Notes under the pieces: generated by a model | What the model saw: only the letters and a program-made list of their open reading frames with translations | Databases searched by the model: none | Told to the model about the DNA's origin: nothing | Made by a program: the position numbers and the translations under genes | NCBI GenBank assembly: GCA_051294375.1 | Contig: CM119270.1 | Span: 2,639,075 to 2,654,784, forward strand | From: Paraspadella gotoi | Taxonomy: Eukaryota > Animalia > Chaetognatha | Length of the DNA: 15,710 bases | Direction of reading: 5' to 3' | Part shown: piece after piece, positions 8,287-15,710 of the stretch | Layout of the letters: each line of letters starts with the position of its first letter | Position numbering within the stretch: position 1 is the first letter of the stretch

Positions 8287-8569
8287 AGTTCAAAGGAAAA
8301 GTCGTGAAGTGTAAAATGATTCAGAGTCTCCGATGGTTGAAAAAGAAAAATAATAAAATTGATTTAAAATTAATGTTTAAAATTACGAAGGTTTTCAAGT
8401 TCTTTGAATTGGGGCATAAAATTTGTTTAATGGTATTTAGCTGTGAAAAGAAGAAAAATCTGGTGCGAATCACTCGTCACAACCCTCACATCGTGAAAAG
8501 GTGTGAAAGTCAAGCGGATTGCCAAGAGGAGTGGGCGTTAGTGAAATAGGTCTGGTGGGTCGGTTGCCT

Positions 8570-8609
8570 CGTCGGTCCGTCGGTCCGTCGGTCCGTCGGT
8601 CCGTCGGTC
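8570..8609 (+). repeat. (CGTCGGTC)n 8-bp repeat running into gap 8610-8865
   Basis: Five visible copies. Confidence 0.9.
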
Positions 8610-9604
8610 NNNNNNNNNNNNNNNNNNNNNNNNNNNNNNNNNNNNNNNNNNNNNNNNNNNNNNNNNNNNNNNNNNNNNNNNNNNNNNNNNNNNNNNNNNN
8701 NNNNNNNNNNNNNNNNNNNNNNNNNNNNNNNNNNNNNNNNNNNNNNNNNNNNNNNNNNNNNNNNNNNNNNNNNNNNNNNNNNNNNNNNNNNNNNNNNNNN
8801 NNNNNNNNNNNNNNNNNNNNNNNNNNNNNNNNNNNNNNNNNNNNNNNNNNNNNNNNNNNNNNNNNGGAAATGAATAAAAAAAACAAAATAAAAAACCAAA
8901 AACGAGAGGAAAAAATGAAAACAATGAAATTAGTCCTCAGGAACGGACGGGCGTGAAAACAAACAAAAAACGAAACAAAAAACGAAACACAATCAACAGA
9001 AAAATCGAAATTGAAAAACAAAATTTAAAAAGGAGAAAGAGAATAAAGAATGAAGAGACGGTGTAACAAGGGAAAAGAGAAAAAAACTATTTATTTAATT
9101 ATATGAAATAGCCAAAACAGATATAAACTAATAAACAAGCGTGTGTCCTGAATTCAAACAAGCTATGATGACTAATCATTGATGAGTGGAGGCATTTATC
9201 TATATTCCATAATATTCTATAATATAATGACATAGCGAGAGCCTGTGAGCTTTCAATCAAGACTCTATCGCTGATTATTGACTGCCATTCCGTATTAGGA
9301 TCAAGCATTTATACAGAGTCCCTTAACATCGTAACATCTCGCTATATGTTACGAACATAGGACACAAATTACAATGCTCCTTTCAACTTTGCATTTCACA
9401 GGAGTAAAAAAACCAAAAGGACACAAAACAATATCAAAAGGCAAAAGTTTAAAAATTAAACAATGCTTTAAGTTAAAAAATAAAGATAAAAAGAATTTCA
9501 TCTCTCTCACCCCCCTTCCACTAAAAAAAGAAAATTTCAAGACTTGACTTTACATAATAGAAACATTACCGAAAATAAAATCTGTGGGAAGCCGAAGGAA
9601 GGGG

Positions 9605-9609
<5 letters not shown>

Positions 9610-9671
<62 letters not shown>
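9610..9671 (+). repeat. (AG)n microsatellite
   Basis: Directly visible. Confidence 0.97.
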
Positions 9672-9675
<4 letters not shown>

Positions 9676-9897
9676 CTTTTTTTTCTCGAGACACACACAT
9701 TTTTTATCAACTTCATTTCAATTTTAATCGGGCGAGACTTTTCAATCCGTGGAAGTCAACGCGCCGAGAATCTAATTCAAATTTTCTCAACGCGACCAGT
9801 TTCAATTTTTTTCTATTTTTTCCAATTTTTCTTTTCTTTCATTTTTTTTTTCAATTTTTCAGTCGGATTCTTTGATTTCATTTTCCCCCCCTCTCTC

Positions 9898-10075
9898 GTT
9901 GCCAAGGGAACCGTGATTGAGTGAAGCGTCGGCCGCCGTCCTGCGCCGCCGCGCGCTGCAGTAGGAAGGCTGCCGAGGCGGAGGGCTCCTGCTGTCGCGG
10001 CGGCGGTTGCGGCGCTGCTGCGTCCGAGGCGGCGCCGGCTTTTTCCAAGGGAGGCGGCACTGACCCGCTCGCCGT
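9898..10075. promoter_or_regulatory. RFX X-box-like site (GTTGCCAAGGGAAC, 9898-9911) at the edge of a very GC/CpG-rich island
   Basis: Matches RYYNYY-NN-RRNRAC; the island stands out from T-rich and A-rich flanks. It could instead be an exon. Confidence 0.35.
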
Positions 10076-10123
10076 TTTGAAAATATGTTGAGTTTGAAAT
10101 GGAAGTTGCAAAAACAAGAATGA

Positions 10124-10475
10124 NNNNNNNNNNNNNNNNNNNNNNNNNNNNNNNNNNNNNNNNNNNNNNNNNNNNNNNNNNNNNNNNNNNNNNNNNNNNN
10201 NNNNNNNNNNNNNNNNNNNNNNNNNNNNNNNNNNNNNNNNNNNNNNNNNNNNNNNNNNNNNNNNNNNNNNNNNNNNNNNNNNNNNNNNNNNNNNNNNNNN
10301 NNNNNNNNNNNNNNNNNNNNNNNNNNNNNNNNNNNNNNNNNNNNNNNNNNNNNNNNNNNNNNNNNNNNNNNNNNNNNNNNNNNNNNNNNNNNNNNNNNNN
10401 NNNNNNNNNNNNNNNNNNNNNNNNNNNNNNNNNNNNNNNNNNNNNNNNNNNNNNNNNNNNNNNNNNNNNNNNNNN
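10124..10475. other. Assembly gap (other gaps: 8030-8249, 8610-8865, 13101-13941, 14252-14365, 15123-15312)
   Basis: Runs of N; every ORF containing X is an artefact of these gaps. Confidence 0.99.
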
Positions 10476-10917
10476 GAAACGCAATCCGGCGTAAAGACTG
10501 AGATCATTGGAGGAAAAGAAGACAAGGAGCGCCGCCTTTTGTGGAGTGGAAGAAAACAAAAGGCTTCGAAATGGAAGAAAAATGAGATCCGACGGAAACG
10601 GAGAGAAAAAGTGGGCAGAAAACAAACAAAAGTGAAAGAGCGAATGAGAGAGAAATAAAAAAATAAAAGGGAAAGAAACAAAACAAAAAATAAAAAACAA
10701 AAGTGAATTTACTTGGTATTGAACGTGAATGTCTGTTTATTCATATACATTATTTAATAACAAAAAGTACAAGCGGTTCGAAACATGACTGTAAAACTCT
10801 TAAATATTGAAAACTATACTAAGAACAAAAAAATACAACAAAACTATAGCCACTACCGTCAGCAAAATAGAAACATTAATTTTGATTAAACGGCGATTTT
10901 ACTTCATGGCGGATCAC

Positions 10918-11575
10918 AAAGGAAAAGATGAAAATGAAAATAGAGGAAAAATGGAAATTAAGGGAAAAGAAAAAGGAGAGAAAGATGAAGGAAAAAGGGA
11001 AAAGATAAAAAGGGGAATATAGAAAAAAGGAAAAGGAGAGAAAGATGAAGGAAAAAGGAAAATATGAAAAGAAAAATAAAGCAAAAAGGAAAAGGACAGA
11101 AAGATGAAAGAAAAAAAGGAAAATATGAAAAGAAAAATAATGGAAAAAGGAAAAGGACAGAAAGATAAAAGAAAAAAGAAAAATATGAAAAGAAAAATAA
11201 ATGAAAAAGAAGAAAGGAGCAAAAAGGAAAAAAAAGAAAAGATGAAAAGAAAAAGAAAAAAGAAAAAGAGAGAAAGATGAAAGAAAAAAAGAAAAGATAA
11301 AAAATAAATTGAAGGAAAAAGGAAAAGGAGAGAAAGATGAAGGAAAAAGGAAAAGATAAAAAAAAATTAAAGGAAAAAGGAGGTAAAAGAGAAAAAAGGA
11401 AAAGATTAAAGGGGAAATAAAGGAGAAAGGAAGAAAGGAAGTAAAATGAAAAAAAGGAAAAGATAAAAAGAAGAAAGGAGAAAGGAAGAAGGACGGTAAA
11501 GGCAAAAAAGGAAAAGATGAAAAATGGCGAAATAAAGGAGAAGGAAGAAGAAAGGCAGGGCAAAAATGGAACAAC
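10918..11575 (+). repeat. Purine-rich (A/G) low-complexity block containing a degenerate ~60-bp tandem unit
   Basis: AAAAGGA(G/C)AGAAAGAT recurs near 10971, 11031, 11090, 11151 and 11323; C is almost absent. Confidence 0.9.
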
Positions 11576-11684
11576 AAGACTCTAGTGTTGCCCATGCATT
11601 GTTATAAACAATGGCATTCCTCACGTGACATTAATTTCCGAACGGTTGTGTTGTTTCTCTGAGCTTTAACTACGTAAGGGACGC

Positions 11685-12335
11685 CGTTTCTGTCGTCGTC
11701 GTCCTCGGTCGATCGTTTTACGTCGTCGTCGTTTTCTGTCGTCGTCGTTCGTCGTCGTCCTCGTTCATGCGTTTACGTCGTTCGTCCGTTTCTGTCGTCG
11801 TCGTCGTACGTCCTCGATCATCTTTACGTCGTCGTCCTCGTTATCTGTCGTCGTCGGGTCGTTCATGTCGTCTCATCGTCGTTTTAGTCGTCGTCGTTCT
11901 GTCGTCGTCGTCTGTCGTTTCTGTCGTCGTCGTCGTTTCTTGTCGTCGTCGTCGTTTCTGTCGTCGTCGTTCATTTCTGTCCGTCGTTCGTGCGTCATCG
12001 TTTACGTCATCGTCATTTGCTGTCTGGTCGTCTTTTCATCGATCCGTGCTCATCATTGTTTCTTGTGCGTCGTCGTCGTTTCTGTCCGTCGTCGTTCGTC
12101 ATTGTCTTTTCTGTTGTCGTCGGTCGTCGTTGGTCGTTTCTTGTCATCGTCGTCATTTATGACGACGTCGTTTTTCGTTCATCGTTCGTCGTTTTATGTC
12201 ATTGACGTTGTTTTCTTCGTCGTCGTCGTCATCGTTACGGTCATTGTCATCGTTGTCATCGTTTCTGTCGTCATCGTTGTTTTCTTCGTCGTCGTCGTCG
12301 TCATTGTCGTCTTCATCGTCGTCGTTTCTGTTTTC
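11685..12335 (+). repeat. Degenerate (GTC)n block with a recurring GTTTCTGTCGTCGTC unit
   Basis: Directly visible; yields V/S/R-rich and D-rich low-complexity ORFs. Confidence 0.92.
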
Positions 12336-12709
12336 AGAGATCACCTCAATTTAGATTTCGAATCTTTAAGCTTAATTATATACTTAATATCTACTTTTAA
12401 TGTTTTAACGTTTTTCCATATGTTTAATCAAATCACTAACCATTATCGGTTATCCCTAAACCAAAACGAAATCTTTAAACCGAATCGGAATTTATATATT
12501 TTATATTGTAATGATATTTAATAAGAGAAAATATTGATTTTTAGCAACGAATTTTTGATTTACATTGTTACAGACATGTTTCGCATCGTCATTCTATTCA
12601 TCATCAGTGTAAAAACGTTTTTTGAATTACAATTTTTAAGCAATGTAAAGAAAGGAAAAAAACAAAAAATATAATAGTATTCTAATATAATATTATAATT
12701 TTATATATT

Positions 12710-12810
12710 AATCTTGAACCCAAATCCCGAAATATAATTTGTAACCATCCCTAACTTACTCCCTCATCCGAATCCCGAACTTACCTCCTCCCTCTAACCC
12801 CTAACCTAAA
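12710..12810 (+). repeat. Degenerate hexamer tract resembling (CCCTAA)n
   Basis: ccctaac, cccgaac, ctaacccctaacctaa; similar faint tracts at 12452-12490 and, reversed, at 3041-3081. Confidence 0.4.
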
Positions 12811-12891
12811 AACAAACTTAATTTTGAAATGGGGTGCTTCCGACAAAGAGGGTCGTCGCTTCTCGTTTTTGAATTCCCGTTCGATTCCTTC

Positions 12892-13000
12892 TATCAGTGA
12901 CATACATACTATGTATTACATAGTATTCCCTCTTATTATCTTCGACATTATTAGTGACATTATCAGTGACATATTCCTTCTTATTATCTTCGACATTATT
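12892..13000 (+). repeat. Local 48-bp-period duplication with a 21-bp palindrome
   Basis: TATTCC(C/T)TCTTATTATCTTCGACATTATT at 12924 and 12972; TAT(C/T)AGTGACAT at 12892, 12949 and 12961; ATACTATGTA-T-TACATAGTAT at 12906-12926. Confidence 0.85.
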
Positions 13001-13068
13001 TTCGCTGTCGTCTTCAAACTTTTAGGTTAAAATGTCAAAACTGAAGTTAGTTTTTTTTAGACAAGGGA

Positions 13069-13070
<2 letters not shown>

Positions 13071-13100
<30 letters not shown>

Positions 13101-13941
13101 NNNNNNNNNNNNNNNNNNNNNNNNNNNNNNNNNNNNNNNNNNNNNNNNNNNNNNNNNNNNNNNNNNNNNNNNNNNNNNNNNNNNNNNNNNNNNNNNNNNN
13201 NNNNNNNNNNNNNNNNNNNNNNNNNNNNNNNNNNNNNNNNNNNNNNNNNNNNNNNNNNNNNNNNNNNNNNNNNNNNNNNNNNNNNNNNNNNNNNNNNNNN
13301 NNNNNNNNNNNNNNNNNNNNNNNNNNNNNNNNNNNNNNNNNNNNNNNNNNNNNNNNNNNNNNNNNNNNNNNNNNNNNNNNNNNNNNNNNNNNNNNNNNNN
13401 NNNNNNNNNNNNNNNNNNNNNNNNNNNNNNNNNNNNNNNNNNNNNNNNNNNNNNNNNNNNNNNNNNNNNNNNNNNNNNNNNNNNNNNNNNNNNNNNNNNN
13501 NNNNNNNNNNNNNNNNNNNNNNNNNNNNNNNNNNNNNNNNNNNNNNNNNNNNNNNNNNNNNNNNNNNNNNNNNNNNNNNNNNNNNNNNNNNNNNNNNNNN
13601 NNNNNNNNNNNNNNNNNNNNNNNNNNNNNNNNNNNNNNNNNNNNNNNNNNNNNNNNNNNNNNNNNNNNNNNNNNNNNNNNNNNNNNNNNNNNNNNNNNNN
13701 NNNNNNNNNNNNNNNNNNNNNNNNNNNNNNNNNNNNNNNNNNNNNNNNNNNNNNNNNNNNNNNNNNNNNNNNNNNNNNNNNNNNNNNNNNNNNNNNNNNN
13801 NNNNNNNNNNNNNNNNNNNNNNNNNNNNNNNNNNNNNNNNNNNNNNNNNNNNNNNNNNNNNNNNNNNNNNNNNNNNNNNNNNNNNNNNNNNNNNNNNNNN
13901 NNNNNNNNNNNNNNNNNNNNNNNNNNNNNNNNNNNNNNNNN

Positions 13942-13973
<32 letters not shown>

Positions 13974-14008
13974 TGAAAGAATGAAAAGAAAGAAAAAAAG
14001 AAAAAAAG
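13071..14008 (+). repeat. (CT)n, assembly gap 13101-13941, then (AAAG)n-like tract
   Basis: Directly visible. Confidence 0.9.
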
Positions 14009-14941
14009 AATTGAATAAATAAAAAATAGAACTTAAACTTAAAGTTATATGAACGAATGATCATTGATCAGAATCTAAATTAAACTTAACTCAAAAACGA
14101 CTGTACGAAAACCAAGATGAAGATGATAATGACAGAGAGAATGGAATTGGAAGCTGACGGTGATAACAATGACAATAACGACGATTACGACTTTGATAAT
14201 TCGGTGGATGAGGTTGGGCGACCGAGAAAAATAGCGGAATCTTTGGAGCGANNNNNNNNNNNNNNNNNNNNNNNNNNNNNNNNNNNNNNNNNNNNNNNNN
14301 NNNNNNNNNNNNNNNNNNNNNNNNNNNNNNNNNNNNNNNNNNNNNNNNNNNNNNNNNNNNNNNNNAAAGGGGAGGAAAAGAGGGGAAGGAGGAAGAGGGA
14401 GGTTAAGAGGCAGAATGGATTTCACGCAATCTGTTATCTCTGACGTTGTTGGAAATGAGAGAAATTTTCGCACCTTTTAATTTTCTGTTAAAATGAAAAG
14501 CAGTTACTAAACTAGAGATTACAAAAAGAATGCGGGGTCCTGCTAAGATAATACTTAGTAAGAGGAATGGAGGACATAACCCAACACAGCTTGTCCTAAG
14601 TCGGGGGAAAGATAACTTGTTCATCGCTAGACATGAGGATTTTAAATTGGTTGTCCGAATTTCATTAGATAATTCTATTTTGTATACTCGATCCTCATCC
14701 TCCTCTTCCCCTCCCTCTCCCGAGGATCCGTTCCTTTTAGTCCAGTCTCCGCGGTTCTCGAGTTCTACTAATTACCTTCTTTTCTAATACTATTTCCGGC
14801 CAGGGACTTTTCCTCAATAAACATTACCGTTGCGATATACGTCTTCTTCTTCAGGTATAGATACAAAAGAATTACGACACATGTTAAAAAAGAAAAAAGA
14901 CAACTCACAATACGTCATCAAAGAAATTAACTAGTAAATGA

Positions 14942-14974
14942 CCACGTGACCACTGGCCACGTGACCAACACGTC
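14942..14974. promoter_or_regulatory. Tandem E-boxes (CCACGTGACCA twice, 15 bp apart, plus CACGTC)
   Basis: CACGTG at 14943 and 14958 with USF/MITF-TFE-type GTCACGTGG flanks on the minus strand. Confidence 0.35.
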
Positions 14975-15710
14975 GCATATCGCAGCTAAACTAATGATAT
15001 CCGAGTTTCAGTCGCTTAATTCGCATCATCGTCCATTACGAGTCTATCACATCCGGGGATGGATCGTTCGAATTTCGTCTTTCGATCTCGCGTCGTTTCG
15101 ACAGGTTGCGATCGAGCGAGACNNNNNNNNNNNNNNNNNNNNNNNNNNNNNNNNNNNNNNNNNNNNNNNNNNNNNNNNNNNNNNNNNNNNNNNNNNNNNN
15201 NNNNNNNNNNNNNNNNNNNNNNNNNNNNNNNNNNNNNNNNNNNNNNNNNNNNNNNNNNNNNNNNNNNNNNNNNNNNNNNNNNNNNNNNNNNNNNNNNNNN
15301 NNNNNNNNNNNNAGATAGTTAGTCAAATAGAGTATTTGAATGTTGCGGTGGTTTGGGGTTAAAGGGTGGGACGTGGTTGTCCAGGTGGAGGTTGTGGTGG
15401 TCGCGGAGAATCTGGGTGGTTGTTCTGTTAAGATTTAGACAAATGACAAGTGAATGAGCCGAGAGAGTGAATGAGTGTGAAAATTGTGAATGAGCCGAGA
15501 GTGTGACGAGAGTCCATGATGTGAAATCATTTGGAAACTCCATCTGGCAGCAGTTGACGATCGTCTGGACTTCAGGCCCTGCATGGGTGAAGCAGGGGCT
15601 TTGATCCTACGTAGGTTGACGTCGCCTCAATCCATTAAAGCTCTCTTTGGCGCGAGGTGTCGCCGTCGACAAGTCAATTGGTGGCGTCGATCTTACATGA
15701 GGTGGCGTTG

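Noticed and set aside
7958-10700. Long ORFs containing X runs (also 13032-14473 and 14946-15362)
   Set aside because: Their length comes from reading through N gaps.
10876-11624. 239-aa and 201-aa Phe-rich membrane-like ORFs
   Set aside because: Reverse complement of the A/G low-complexity block, where stops are compositionally rare.
11767-12521. Val/Ser/Arg-rich and Asp-rich ORFs
   Set aside because: Products of degenerate (GTC)n; several frames are open and indels ignore codon phase.
12710-12810. Interstitial telomere
   Set aside because: Only one or two exact CCCTAA units; too degenerate to support.
1-15710. tRNA, rRNA, snRNA, transposase or reverse-transcriptase sequence
   Set aside because: No recognisable motifs found by eye; about 2 kb is hidden in gaps, so absence is not proven.

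Overview
AT-rich eukaryotic genomic DNA, probably from an invertebrate animal (inference from GT-AG introns, Sp/KLF/ETS-type promoter motifs, abundant CpG and dense (GA)n tracts). It is a draft assembly with six N gaps. The one confidently identifiable gene is a two-exon BTB/POZ (T1-type) KCTD-family gene on the + strand, join(2813..2988,3333..3759), 200 aa, most like KCTD6/KCTD21 in its BTB domain; the ORF track captures only its tail. The rest is microsatellites, minisatellites (32-bp, 12-bp, ~60-bp purine-rich), a (GTC)-rich block, several promoter-like motif clusters and weakly supported short exons. The best second-look items are a candidate spliced secreted-peptide gene at 4468-4810, a 16/32-bp periodic array of RFX X-box-like units at 126-513, and a promoter plus uORF-led minus-strand gene candidate at 7044-7926. 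I see no CRISPR array, transposase, tRNA or rRNA, and no firm evidence of a new multi-gene system.
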